A stretch of DNA of 64,000 bases from an uncultured Nitrospiraceae bacterium. GTDB taxonomy: Bacteria; Nitrospirota; Thermodesulfovibrionia; Thermodesulfovibrionales; Dissulfurispiraceae. The stretch's first letter is position 1, and each line of letters starts with the position of its first letter. Position numbers and translations under genes: made by a program. Shown here piece after piece: positions 10,183-20,118 of the stretch. Below the pieces are notes generated by a model, which had not been told where the DNA came from, did not search any database, and worked only from the letters and a program-made list of their open reading frames with translations. The stretch spans positions 1,504,001 to 1,568,000 of the forward strand of contig CAVSHF010000003.1 in the NCBI GenBank assembly GCA_963727805.1. The letters are read 5' to 3'.

Positions 10183-11214
10183 TCAGACGAGTCCTCGTTC
10201 TGCCAGTTCGCTCTTTATGTAAGCGTAATATATCGGGGCAGCGATGACGCCTGCAATGCCGAAAGCTGCCTCCATTGCGATCATCACAATCAGCAATTCC
10301 CACGCATGGGCATGGATCCGGGCACCGATAATGCGGGCATTAAGAAAGTATTCGAGTTTATGTATCACGATGAGAAAACCCATAGATGCCGCTGACACTG
10401 AAAGCGAATAGCTTAGGCTGACAATTACGATTATTGTATTTGAAATGATGTTGCCGATCACGGGAAGAAGCCCGGTGATGAACGTGATAGTCACCATTGT
10501 TACAACGAGTGGTAAGTGGATACCGAACATTGGAAGTAGAACGCCCAAATAAATCGCCGCAAACAGAGCGTTCAGAGCAGCGATGCGCACCTGGGCAAAC
10601 ACCACAAAACGGAAGGCCGTGCCGAACCTTTCGGCACGCGCCCCCAACGCACGGGCAAGAGGGCGGGATTCATGTGACGATACTACTTCTCTTAGAGAGA
10701 TAAGCGCGCCAAGCACCATGCCCATCAATACATGAATAGTGACTAGTCCAGCCTCCTTTCCCACTATCTGAACTTCCTTGGCATGGTCCCTGAGCCACAG
10801 CGCAATACCTTCCCTGAGACCTTCGGGGTCGCCCGGAAAGTATCCCTTCATCCATAGCGGAAGCGCCTCGCGGTAACCATCAATAATCTCAGCCATTTTC
10901 CTGAGCAAAAGCGGGATGCTGCCCGACTCTCCCCGCATAAATACGATAATGCCCCATATAATAAGAGAGAGCATTGCCACGATCATTATCGAGAGAAGCG
11001 AGACGACGACTACTCTGGCTCGAAGACCCATCAACGTGCCGATCCGGAGCAACCGCGAAAGCACGTGGACTAGCTCGTAGACGAGCATGCCCGAAAGCAG
11101 CGCCGGAAGCAGCTGAAGTTTAAGGACAAGAATCATTGCAGCTCCTGCCAACAGCCACGAGGCAAGGTCATAGCCCGTAAATTTCAATTTTTCGATTTCG
11201 CTTGTCTCTCCCAT
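10183..11214 (-). CDS. AI-2E family transporter
   Basis: Hydrophobic protein with LLPVIGN, HKLEYFLNARIIG and FGIAGVIAAPIYY. Confidence 0.82.
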   Translation of the reverse strand: MGETSEIEKLKFTGYDLASWLLAGAAMILVLKLQLLPALLSGMLVYELVHVLSRLLRIGTLMGLRARVVVVSLLSIMIVAMLSLIIWGIIVFMRGESGSIPLLLRKMAEIIDGYREALPLWMKGYFPGDPEGLREGIALWLRDHAKEVQIVGKEAGLVTIHVLMGMVLGALISLREVVSSHESRPLARALGARAERFGTAFRFVVFAQVRIAALNALFAAIYLGVLLPMFGIHLPLVVTMVTITFITGLLPVIGNIISNTIIVIVSLSYSLSVSAASMGFLIVIHKLEYFLNARIIGARIHAHAWELLIVMIAMEAAFGIAGVIAAPIYYAYIKSELAERGLV

Positions 11215-11454
11215 TTATATGTTCCGTCTCAGTTTGTATTATATCCATTCTCGCTGCTTTACGGGGGACTCAAACTTCAACCAATAGCATGCAGATAGAT
11301 ACAGCAAACCGCCTGATCGGTTCTCTTCATAAGAGTCTGTTGCCCTGATCGATGATCACCCGACTAATACCCTGTCAACGAAGTGAAATCCTCATACCGC
11401 AGAGAATGGCTAGGTTCTGTATAACATTTCTGCGGGTGTTCTAATAATGATTGG

Positions 11455-11736
11455 TTATAATAAGCTCCAGTCATCGACCACCAATCTCTTTAAACCGAGG
11501 AAACTGCTGACGGTGATGGTCAGAGGAATCTTCCGAAGCCTGCTTGGGACAAAAATCGTCACATCATGCATGATCTTCTTTTCATAATCTCGCATGTTTC
11601 GCGGCTCACCGAAACGGACGACAGGGCACTCCTGAAAGTCAAAACAGCAGTTTATGATGGTCTTCGGCAATTCAAGAAATATCGGTTTGTCCTTGCTCTG
11701 AATCAACGCGACGGCATCAGGGGTTAGTGTCAGCAT
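11455..11736 (-). CDS. CC/Se-motif family small protein (HesB-like fold), Cys form
   Basis: 93 aa: LTPDA..I......I.LE......CC....P.VRFGEP. The CC is encoded TGC TGT. Confidence 0.6.
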   Translation of the reverse strand: MLTLTPDAVALIQSKDKPIFLELPKTIINCCFDFQECPVVRFGEPRNMRDYEKKIMHDVTIFVPSRLRKIPLTITVSSFLGLKRLVVDDWSLL

Positions 11737-11937
11737 AATCTATTATAAAGTTTACTTAGAATCCTTGTCACATCACACAAGTTATATTTAGCCCGCTTTT
11801 CAGTGCAATATATTCTTTAAGTCTATCGGGACTGCTGCGAAGGATCTCTCGCCCATTGTGGCGTTCCAGCGGGTAGATATCCATGCAGCAATAAAAGCTG
11901 TTGTCCCTCTTTACGTCCTTTCGGGTAAACTAATCAA

Positions 11938-12705
11938 ATGCGAAATATCAGGCTCCTCATCCAATACGACGGAACGGATTATAGCGGATGGCAGGTCCAG
12001 CCCAACGCGGTGACAATCCAAGGATTGATTGAACAGTGTCTCAGGAAGATCACTGGCGAGGAGACACGGGTCTTGGGCGCAGGCAGGACCGATGCCGGTG
12101 TTCATGCACTCGGGCTTGTCGCTTGCTTCAGGACTTCCTCTCGACTCGACCCGCAAATACTTCAATATGCGCTCAATGCGCACCTTCCCTGCGATATACG
12201 AATAATGCAGTCTGATGAGACTGACGATTCGTTCCATGCCCGTTTTTCTGCGAAAAGAAAATCATATTTTTACCTTATCTCCATGGACAGAATCGTTACT
12301 CCGTTTCTTCACCGTTATGTATGGAGGTTGCCCTTTGCTCTTGATTTGGCGGTAATGAAAGAATCGATATCATACATAACCGGTACACATGATTTCTCTG
12401 CCTTCAGGGGTAGCGGTTGCGGGGCAAAAACTGCGGTCCGCACGATTCTCGAGGCAACGATTGAAAAACTTCAGGTACTTGAATGTATGACTTTTCGCTG
12501 TGAAGGCAATTACGTTAAGTTCCGCTTTGAGGGTGATGCCTTTTTGCGCCACATGGTGAGAAACATAGTAGGGACCATCGTGGAAGTAGGGAAAGGCAAA
12601 ATAAAGCCCGAAGATATCGGGCGAATTATGAGTAGCGGCAACAGAAATTGTGCAGGGCCAACAGCGCCGGCACAGGGGTTATACCTCGAGAAAATAATCT
12701 ACTAA
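11938..12705 (+). CDS. truA: tRNA pseudouridine(38-40) synthase
   Basis: YDGTDYSGWQ, GAGRTDAGVHA, FLRHMVRNIVG and TAPAQGLYL. Confidence 0.96.
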   Translation: MRNIRLLIQYDGTDYSGWQVQPNAVTIQGLIEQCLRKITGEETRVLGAGRTDAGVHALGLVACFRTSSRLDPQILQYALNAHLPCDIRIMQSDETDDSFHARFSAKRKSYFYLISMDRIVTPFLHRYVWRLPFALDLAVMKESISYITGTHDFSAFRGSGCGAKTAVRTILEATIEKLQVLECMTFRCEGNYVKFRFEGDAFLRHMVRNIVGTIVEVGKGKIKPEDIGRIMSSGNRNCAGPTAPAQGLYLEKIIY

Positions 12706-12706
12706 G

Positions 12707-13132
12707 TTAAAGTACCCCCTCTTCTTTTTCAAGTTTCTCCTTCATCTCTCGTTCTTCCTGGCAGTCCCTGCAAAAGATGGCGAAAGGCAGTATTTTTAGC
12801 CTCTCTTCGCTGATCTCGTCTCCACACTCGTCACAAATCCCATAAGTGCCCTCGCTGAGCTTTCTGAGGGCAGAATCTATTTTGAGCAGCGTCTCCCTGT
12901 GTGTGCTCAACTGCTTAAGGTTAATGTCCTCCGCAAGATCGACCACCGAAAGGTCTCCATCATCAAGCACCGTTTCAACGAGCTGTTTCTTTTCGCCCGA
13001 AACATACTTCCTTATCTCGGACTTGCTCTCTTTTACAATATTTTCCCTCTTCAAGATAAGCAATTTCTTAAGCCGGTCCCTCCGGGCCTCATCGCTCTCG
13101 GGCTGTTCCTTTTTCTGTGCCTTCTTGGCCAT
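12707..13132 (-). CDS. DksA/TraR C4 zinc-finger protein
   Basis: Coiled coil followed by GTYGICDECGDEISEERL..LPFAIFCRDCQ. Confidence 0.9.
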   Translation of the reverse strand: MAKKAQKKEQPESDEARRDRLKKLLILKRENIVKESKSEIRKYVSGEKKQLVETVLDDGDLSVVDLAEDINLKQLSTHRETLLKIDSALRKLSEGTYGICDECGDEISEERLKILPFAIFCRDCQEEREMKEKLEKEEGVL

Positions 13133-13192
13133 TTCTCTCTCCTCTGTGCAGTGTGAAAGCTGTCTCCAATGTCAGCCCTGTAGCCGCAACTG

Positions 13193-13324
13193 TTACTCAG
13201 CGGGGGCAACGACTTCTTTACAGATTCCCCTGATGCTTCTCATTTTGATACCGACCTGTTCGCAGGCCTTCAGGATATCGGTCTTTCTTGCCTCGGAAAC
13301 CTTAACAACGTAGCTTGCATTCAC
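13193..13324 (-). CDS. Putative 43-aa small protein between frr and dksA-like
   Basis: GTG start 7 nt after the frr stop; MNASYVVKVSEARKTDILKACEQVGIKMRSIRGICKEVVAPAE*. Below the ORF-track cutoff. Confidence 0.5.
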   Translation of the reverse strand: MNASYVVKVSEARKTDILKACEQVGIKMRSIRGICKEVVAPAE

Positions 13325-13331
13325 AGACGTA

Positions 13332-13886
13332 TCATACTTCCATAATCTCTTTTTCTTTATGCTGGAGCACCTCTTCGACCTTTTGAATGAAAGAATCAGT
13401 CAGTTTCTGAATCTCTTCCTGAACCCGCTTTACATCATCCTCGCTCAGGTGCTTTTCCTTCTCGCTTTTCTTAAGGTCTTCGATAATATCCCGCCGGATG
13501 TTCCTGATGGCCACCCTGGCTTCCTCGGACCTTTTTTTTACTACTTTCACAAGCTGCTTTCTTCGCTCCTCCGTAAGTTGGGGAATGTTTATCCGGATAG
13601 TTTTTCCGTCATTCCCAGGCATAAGGCCAAGGTCCGACTTTAGGATCGCCTTTTCAATGTCGGGAATGAGCCTCTGTTCCCAGGGTTGGATGGTCATCTG
13701 CCTGCTCTCAGGAATACCTAGTGTCGCGATTTGGCTGATATGCGTCGGGGTTCCGTAATAATCGATCTTGATACTGTCGAGCAGGCTGAGTGAAGCCCTT
13801 CCGGTCCGTATGGACCCATAATCCTTCTTCAGAGATTCAATGGCGCCGTTCATCCTATCAGTAGCCTTCTTCTTAAGTTCCTGCAT
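13332..13886 (-). CDS. frr: Ribosome recycling factor
   Basis: IRTGRA, PQLTEERRK and RVAIRNIRRD; follows pyrH. Confidence 0.97.
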   Translation of the reverse strand: MQELKKKATDRMNGAIESLKKDYGSIRTGRASLSLLDSIKIDYYGTPTHISQIATLGIPESRQMTIQPWEQRLIPDIEKAILKSDLGLMPGNDGKTIRINIPQLTEERRKQLVKVVKKRSEEARVAIRNIRRDIIEDLKKSEKEKHLSEDDVKRVQEEIQKLTDSFIQKVEEVLQHKEKEIMEV

Positions 13887-13916
13887 GTCCCACCCCGTCT
13901 ACAATGAATAGATGGA

Positions 13917-14663
13917 TCAGCGACCGCCCTTCATGACGGTCGTACCGATCTTCTGTCCAAGCAAAAGATTCTTTATATTATCTGTTTTTTTGATATCAAA
14001 AACAACTATCGGAAGGTTATTGTCCATGCAAAGCGATATGGCTGTCGAATCCATGACCTTGAGGTCCTGCTTTATGACATCAAAATAGGAAATAATATCA
14101 TACTTCTTCGCCGCCGGGTCCTTCGTGGGATCGGCTGTATATACGCCGTCGACCTTCGTACCCTTCAGGATGACCTCGGCACCGATCTCCATGGCCCTGA
14201 GGGCTGCGGCGGTATCAGTCGTAAAATAAGGGTTGCCGGTCCCTGCAGCAAAAATTACGATCCGTCCTTTTTCGAGATGACGCACAGCCTTTCGCCGTAT
14301 ATAAGGCTCAGCAAGCTCCCGCATCTCGATGGCCGACTGTACCCTTGTCTGAAGTCCCAGTTTTTCAAGGGAATTCTGGAGCGCAAGGGCGTTAATGACC
14401 GTGGCGAGCATCCCCATATAATCAGCAGATGCCCGCTCCATACCCTGCAGTGATGCCTCCACACCCCTGAAGATATTGCCTCCACCAATGACCACCGAGA
14501 TCTCAACACCCATATCATAGACCTTTTTGATCTCCGCAGCCATAAACCTAACCGTAGAAGGGTCCAAGCCGTAGGTTTTATCACCCATTAGGGCCTCCCC
14601 GCTCAGTTTGAGGAGAATCTTCCTATAGATCGGCTTGGGAGCTGATTTCTTTACAGATGACAT
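13917..14663 (-). CDS. pyrH: UMP kinase
   Basis: [17 protein letters not shown] and [15 protein letters not shown]. Confidence 0.97.
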   Translation of the reverse strand: MSSVKKSAPKPIYRKILLKLSGEALMGDKTYGLDPSTVRFMAAEIKKVYDMGVEISVVIGGGNIFRGVEASLQGMERASADYMGMLATVINALALQNSLEKLGLQTRVQSAIEMRELAEPYIRRKAVRHLEKGRIVIFAAGTGNPYFTTDTAAALRAMEIGAEVILKGTKVDGVYTADPTKDPAAKKYDIISYFDVIKQDLKVMDSTAISLCMDNNLPIVVFDIKKTDNIKNLLLGQKIGTTVMKGGR

Positions 14664-14680
14664 GTCTTCAGCACCTTCAC

Positions 14681-15295
14681 TTAACAGGATTCGGCCTTAG
14701 CAAGGCCTTCGCCGAGCTGAAACCGGGCGAACCTTCTAACAATGATGTTTTCGCCTAGCTTGGCGACCTTTTCGGTTATTAGCTCTTTAACCTTTTTTTT
14801 ACCATCAGGATCTTTTATAAAGACCTGTTCGAGCAAACACGTATCGCTATAGAATTTCTCAAGCTTCCCCTCGAGAATCTTCTCAACCACCTGCGGGGGC
14901 TTGTTGACCACCTGTGCCCGGTAGATTTCCTTTTCCCTTTCGATAATCTCAGAAGAAACATCTTCCCTCGATATATATGGCGGGTTGGCTGCAGCAATGT
15001 GCATGGCAATATCTTTTACCAGCCCCCTAAAGTCGTCGGTCCTCGCCACGAAATCCGTCTCGCAATTGACCTCGACCATTACGCCGAGCTTGTCCATATG
15101 GATGTATGAACCGATGAGTCCTTCTGAAGCCGACCTGCTTGCTTTCTTGGCGGCGGAAGCAAGACCTTTCTGCCGAAGGAAATCAATGGCCTTTTCCATG
15201 TCGCCGGCACTGTCCGAAAGGGCGCGCTTGCAGTCCATCAGTCCCGCGCCTGTCTTTTCCCTCAGTTCCTTTACCATCTCAGCACTAACGTTCAT
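14681..15295 (-). CDS. tsf: Elongation factor Ts (short form)
   Basis: [16 protein letters not shown] and [10 protein letters not shown]. Confidence 0.97.
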   Translation of the reverse strand: MNVSAEMVKELREKTGAGLMDCKRALSDSAGDMEKAIDFLRQKGLASAAKKASRSASEGLIGSYIHMDKLGVMVEVNCETDFVARTDDFRGLVKDIAMHIAAANPPYISREDVSSEIIEREKEIYRAQVVNKPPQVVEKILEGKLEKFYSDTCLLEQVFIKDPDGKKKVKELITEKVAKLGENIIVRRFARFQLGEGLAKAESC

Positions 15296-16083
15296 TATGC
15301 GGTCTCCTTCTCAGCAGCTGCTGTTGATGCTTCCTTCTCATCACGAGCAGCTTTTTCCTGGCTTGCTGCGGCGTCGGCAGCCTCTTGTGTCTTCTTTGCA
15401 AGGGTCCCCTTGCCTTCTATGGTTGCCGATGCCATCTTTGATGAAATCAGTTTAATCGCCCTTATGGCATCGTCATTGCCAGGGATGACATAATCAGCAT
15501 CTTCGGGATCGCAGTTCGTGTCGACAACAGCGACTATGGGTATCGAAAGTCTCTTGGCCTCCTGAACAGCGATATTTTCCTTGCGCGGATCAATGATAAA
15601 CACCGCGTCAGGGATAGTCTTCATTTCCTTGATGCCGCACAGGTTCTTTTCGAGCTTTTCTCGCTCATTCTCGAGTTGGGACACTTCTTTTTTGGTGAGG
15701 ACATTATAGGTCCCGTCCGCCTTCATAGTCTCTATCTTTTTGAGTCTTTCGATGCTCTTTTTGACGGTAGTATAGTTCGTAAGCATGCCGCCGAGCCACC
15801 TACTCGTTACATAAAAAGCACCAGCCTTTTTTGCCTCTTCGGTTACGGCATCCTGTGCCTGTTTTTTGGTCCCTACGAAAAGTACAGAACCACCTGCGGC
15901 AGCTACATTCTTAAGAAAATTATATGCCTCTTCCACTCCCTTCAGTGTTTTCTGAAGATCGACGATATGTATACCGTTTCTTTCGCCGAAGATGAACTTC
16001 TTCATCTTCGGGTTCCACCTTTTAACCTGGTGCCCGAAATGGGCGCCTGACTCCAAAAGTTCCTTCATCGTTACAACAGCCAT
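15295..16083 (-). CDS. rpsB: 30S ribosomal protein S2
   Basis: [22 protein letters not shown] and [10 protein letters not shown]. Confidence 0.98.
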   Translation of the reverse strand: MAVVTMKELLESGAHFGHQVKRWNPKMKKFIFGERNGIHIVDLQKTLKGVEEAYNFLKNVAAAGGSVLFVGTKKQAQDAVTEEAKKAGAFYVTSRWLGGMLTNYTTVKKSIERLKKIETMKADGTYNVLTKKEVSQLENEREKLEKNLCGIKEMKTIPDAVFIIDPRKENIAVQEAKRLSIPIVAVVDTNCDPEDADYVIPGNDDAIRAIKLISSKMASATIEGKGTLAKKTQEAADAAASQEKAARDEKEASTAAAEKETA

Positions 16084-16296
16084 TTTTGTTCCTCCTTGGT
16101 TTTTCCTCCGCCCTCATCTCCTAACCCGCCGATTGTCGGGACCATAAGAGAATTATACTGGACGTGTGTTTTTAAGCTTAAAAGTTTATCATGAATTACA
16201 CTTATTTATCAAGAAGTAAAGCAATACATTTAGAAAGCTATAGGAGTGGCTTGATAAATAGTTGCATAATGTCGCAGAAAAGGCTTTCCCGTCGGC

Positions 16297-17631
16297 TCAA
16301 TCTATAAGTGGGAGCTGCCATTTATTGTGATGTCTTTTGTGGGAATACAGACGAATCGAATTCTTTAAAAGCTTTGCTTCATACAGCGCCTTGTCGGCGG
16401 CATCATATATATCCTTGTGATCTTTAAATTTGGCACCCTTTGTATGAGCGATCCCGATGCTAACTGTAGGGGCATAGGTCATTCCCCTGAAATGTTGTTT
16501 CGCAAAGGTCTCCTGTAGTCTCAGGGCGAAATTATAAGCACCTTCCACGTCGGACTCGAGAAGGGCATATCCAAATTCGTCTCCACCGAGCCTGCAGACG
16601 ATATCTCCCTTTCTACCAATCTGGCGAAGGATATTCGACAGGGTCCTGATGACCTTATCGCCGGCAACATGTCCATAAGTATCGTTGATCGGCTTAAGGT
16701 TATCGATATCGATGAAAAGCAGTGAAAGCTGCACACCGTATCGCGTTGTCCGCAAAAACTCTTCTTCGAGCCGTTTAAAGAAGAACCGTCGGTTGAAAAT
16801 GCCGGTGAGCGGATCGATCAGGGCGATCTTGCGCAACTGCCTGTTCTTTCTTGTCAGTTCTGCAGTCTTTTTGGCCACTTCCTCTTTGAGCGCCTCATTC
16901 CAGTGTGACATGTTGTTATAAAGCTTTGATAGAGCAATAACTTGACCGACAAATCCTGATAGCAGCACCATGAGGTTTTCCATATTCCGGTCATATATCT
17001 CGTGATACACCGGGTGGCTGAAATTGATGACACCGATCACCTCATCTCCGACCTTGATCGGCACTGCAAGTACCGATATTATATTAACGCTGGTGTCGAG
17101 CATTATGAATGTTGCATCTTTTGTAACATCGGGCACAAATACTGCTTTGCCGATAGAAAAAGCCTTCCCCGCCACCCCTTCTCCGATCTCTATCGTAGTG
17201 CCGATTTTCCGAGTCTTTGAGCGCTTGTACTTGTCTCCCTTGCCGCACCCGGCGATAAGCACAAGAGATCTCTCGTTTTCATCCTTAAGCATAATCGAAC
17301 AATTGTCGAAGTCAAGCTCCTTCGAAAAGATCCTGACCATTTCGCCGCAGAGAGTATCGATGTCCGTCTCAGAACGACTAAGCGCGCTCACTCTTATCAA
17401 TGCCGAGATCACCCCGATGATCTTCTCATAAAAATACTCGACTCTTTCAATAACGTGAATGGAACCACCTGCCATCACCTGGCATTTCGCTGCTTTTTCG
17501 ATTTCATCATTGATCTTTTTCGCAACATTAAGTTCTTCCCCTGAAAGCTGATTAAGAGGGAGAGGCCTTATCAGGGGTTGGCTGAATGATTCATGGAGAA
17601 GCCGTATGAATTCCTTATGGCTCATAACCAC
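16297..17631 (-). CDS. GAF-sensor diguanylate cyclase
   Basis: GAF (GEGVAG..VLAVPI), DPLTGIFNRR, intact GGDEF and RKGD I-site. Confidence 0.9.
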   Translation of the reverse strand: MVMSHKEFIRLLHESFSQPLIRPLPLNQLSGEELNVAKKINDEIEKAAKCQVMAGGSIHVIERVEYFYEKIIGVISALIRVSALSRSETDIDTLCGEMVRIFSKELDFDNCSIMLKDENERSLVLIAGCGKGDKYKRSKTRKIGTTIEIGEGVAGKAFSIGKAVFVPDVTKDATFIMLDTSVNIISVLAVPIKVGDEVIGVINFSHPVYHEIYDRNMENLMVLLSGFVGQVIALSKLYNNMSHWNEALKEEVAKKTAELTRKNRQLRKIALIDPLTGIFNRRFFFKRLEEEFLRTTRYGVQLSLLFIDIDNLKPINDTYGHVAGDKVIRTLSNILRQIGRKGDIVCRLGGDEFGYALLESDVEGAYNFALRLQETFAKQHFRGMTYAPTVSIGIAHTKGAKFKDHKDIYDAADKALYEAKLLKNSIRLYSHKRHHNKWQLPLID

Positions 17632-18491
17632 ATCTGCATCACCGAGTCGACGGTGTTGTCAACCCTGGATTCGACTTGCAATAATTTATGTTCAGTCATG
17701 CCGAGGATTTTTAGAACATTATTGTCAAGCGGGCCCTCGTATCCCCTTATAGAAGCAGGACTGAAGTCATTTTTTGCCGCTATGACATCCGCCAGATGCA
17801 CTACCGCTGCAACAGAGGACTTGAGCCCGTCATGGAATGGAATATGATGATAACGGATGACCTCATGCAAGAAATCGGGCAATCTCCATTTGTCTGCTAT
17901 CCATGCACCGATGTCTCCGTGGGTGAAACCGCACACCTCCATTTCGGCATCTGCGAAAGGCATTCCCTTTTTGACTCTGGCGATAATTTGCTCATATATG
18001 TCGGGGAAAAAAGCATTCATTACCAGTAGCCCGATATCATGGATCAGCCCGCTCGTAAAGACATCCTCCTGCACAGACCATTTGAGAACATCCTTGATGT
18101 CTTTGGCTATCACACCCACTGCCATGCTATGCCTTATGATATTTTCGTAGTCTCCGGCCTCGCCATTCTGTTTGACTCTAAAAAGCGTTAGAAGCGATAT
18201 GCCGAGGGCGATGCTCTTGACATTGTCAACCCCAATCTTCATAACGGCATCCCGGATATTGGTTACAGCCTCCCCCCTAGAGTAAAAGGCCGCATTGGAC
18301 AAGCCGATCACCTTTGCCGATATCGCAGGGTCTTGTTCAATCGTGTCGACGATGCTGTTAATGAACGCAGTATTGCTGCTGATGAGCCTGATGATTTTGT
18401 CGGCAACAGCGGGAATGGTAGGAAGTTTGGGAATCTTCTGCGTCAAAATTCTCAGAGATTCATTCATAGACACCGTTCCCCCATTCTTCAC
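17622..18491 (-). CDS. HDOD domain protein
   Basis: LPTIP, DPAISAKV, GLIHDIG, H..IGAWIA.KW.LP and YHH. Confidence 0.9.
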   Translation of the reverse strand: MKNGGTVSMNESLRILTQKIPKLPTIPAVADKIIRLISSNTAFINSIVDTIEQDPAISAKVIGLSNAAFYSRGEAVTNIRDAVMKIGVDNVKSIALGISLLTLFRVKQNGEAGDYENIIRHSMAVGVIAKDIKDVLKWSVQEDVFTSGLIHDIGLLVMNAFFPDIYEQIIARVKKGMPFADAEMEVCGFTHGDIGAWIADKWRLPDFLHEVIRYHHIPFHDGLKSSVAAVVHLADVIAAKNDFSPASIRGYEGPLDNNVLKILGMTEHKLLQVESRVDNTVDSVMQMWL

Positions 18492-18549
18492 GGCTTTTCA
18501 GTAGCGTCTATTATATACAAAAACAAGCCTGGAATGTCATCTTCTCTGT

Positions 18550-19233
18550 TTAAAACTTCCTGTATTTTTTGCCGGGGAGCCAAAAACGTATCGTCAACAA
18601 ACCTACCACAAAGCCTCCGACATGAGCCAGCCACGCAATGCCTCCCTGCTGTATCTCCGATTCGCTTATAAGGCCGTTCAACACTTGGAAGAAAGCCCAG
18701 TAACCTATGACAAGGAGGGCAGGAATTCTCATAACCCAGAACAAACCAAAAAAGACCAGCGTCGTTACCCTCGCTGACGGAAAGAGGACTATATAGGCGC
18801 CCAATATGCCAGAGATTGCGCCGCTGGCCCCGACCATGGGGACTAATGAGTCGGGGCCAGAGATAGCAAAAGTGTACGTTGCCAAGATGCCTGATAGCAG
18901 ATAGAAAAAAACAAATCGCCCGTGACCGAGTGAATCCTCTACATTGTCTCCGAAAATCCACAGGTAAAGCATATTACCGGCGAGATGAAATAAATTGCCG
19001 TGTATGAACATAGCAGCAATGACACTGGAGAATGGACTTATGGGCTGAAAGACTTCCGGCGTCGTCGCCAACGATATCAGGTTATAGGGGATCGCTCCGT
19101 AGAGCCGTGCTATGGTGGGAATGTCGAGCGGAGAGAATATCTCCCATAAAAAAACGAGACCGTTGGTGACGATGAGTAGAATGGTTACAAAGGGGAATGT
19201 TTCAGTCCTGTTGTCATCTTTTAAGGGGATCAT
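18550..19233 (-). CDS. Rhomboid intramembrane serine protease
   Basis: HLAGNMLYLWIFGDNVE, GASGAI and AHVGGF. Confidence 0.93.
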   Translation of the reverse strand: MIPLKDDNRTETFPFVTILLIVTNGLVFLWEIFSPLDIPTIARLYGAIPYNLISLATTPEVFQPISPFSSVIAAMFIHGNLFHLAGNMLYLWIFGDNVEDSLGHGRFVFFYLLSGILATYTFAISGPDSLVPMVGASGAISGILGAYIVLFPSARVTTLVFFGLFWVMRIPALLVIGYWAFFQVLNGLISESEIQQGGIAWLAHVGGFVVGLLTIRFWLPGKKYRKF

Positions 19234-19328
19234 CGTTTACCATCTATAACAGCCTTTTTTTTAATTCATATGCAGGCCACTGCTTGCTGTGCCCTTATTG
19301 GCCATGGGTAGGCAATGGATTGCAGATA

Positions 19329-19718
19329 TCACCCTTGCAGCACGTTCTTTACCTGCTCGCTCAACTCAGAGACCTGATAAGGTTTGGTGATAATACCCGC
19401 AAAGCCATGTTGCCGGAAATTAGTCATGACCGGATCGCTTGCATAACCGCTCGAAACAATCGCCTTTACTTTTGGGTCGATTTCAATAAGTTTTTTTACT
19501 GCCTCCTTTCCTCCCATACCGCCGGGGATGGTAAGGTCCATGATGACCGCGTCAAAAGACGTCCCTGACTTCATGGCATTGGCGTATTTCTCAAGGGCTT
19601 CAGCGCCATCTTTTGCGAATTCGACTTCATACCCAAAATGTTTCAGCATCTCTCCTGCCACTTCCCTGATAATTTCTTCATCATCCATGATAAGGATTTT
19701 CCCATTGCCGGTACTCAT
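19329..19718 (-). CDS. Stand-alone response regulator receiver
   Basis: ILIMDDE, MDLTIPGG, SSGY and KPY. Confidence 0.85.
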   Translation of the reverse strand: MSTGNGKILIMDDEEIIREVAGEMLKHFGYEVEFAKDGAEALEKYANAMKSGTSFDAVIMDLTIPGGMGGKEAVKKLIEIDPKVKAIVSSGYASDPVMTNFRQHGFAGIITKPYQVSELSEQVKNVLQG

Positions 19719-20068
19719 TGTATCTCTCCCCTTTCTGAGTGATTCTCTGATGGCTGCTACAGAGCGTCAATCTACCGTTAGTATTATTCGCAAGCAGGGA
19801 AACCGCGGCAAATTTCCCTTGCTACCATTCTTTTTGAAGTTGCTCAAGATGCTCAAAAGCCACATATGAGATCACAAGGGAGGGGTATTGTAAGAAAAGA
19901 TACTCGGATAATCAAGCTCGTTTTAATGTTGAGGGCGGGACGCACGGTAGACGCCTCCAAATTCGATAGTGCTCTTCAGGTAATAATATCACACGTTGCC
20001 TCAAAAACATACCACGGCCGGGTATTAGTATAAAAGGGAAAGGTGGGGTGCATGGTTAGAGGGGGGTG

Positions 20069-20098
20069 AAAAGGCAGGCCCTTTGAAGGGCCCGCCTG
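20069..20098 (-). terminator. hcp terminator
   Basis: Minus strand AGGCGGGCCCT-tcaa-AGGGCCTGCCT followed by TTT. Confidence 0.65.
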
Positions 20099-20118
20099 AG
20101 GAGGCTATGCAAGCAGTA

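Noticed and set aside
11455..11736. Selenoprotein form of the CC/Se family
   Set aside because: Both residues are ordinary Cys codons.
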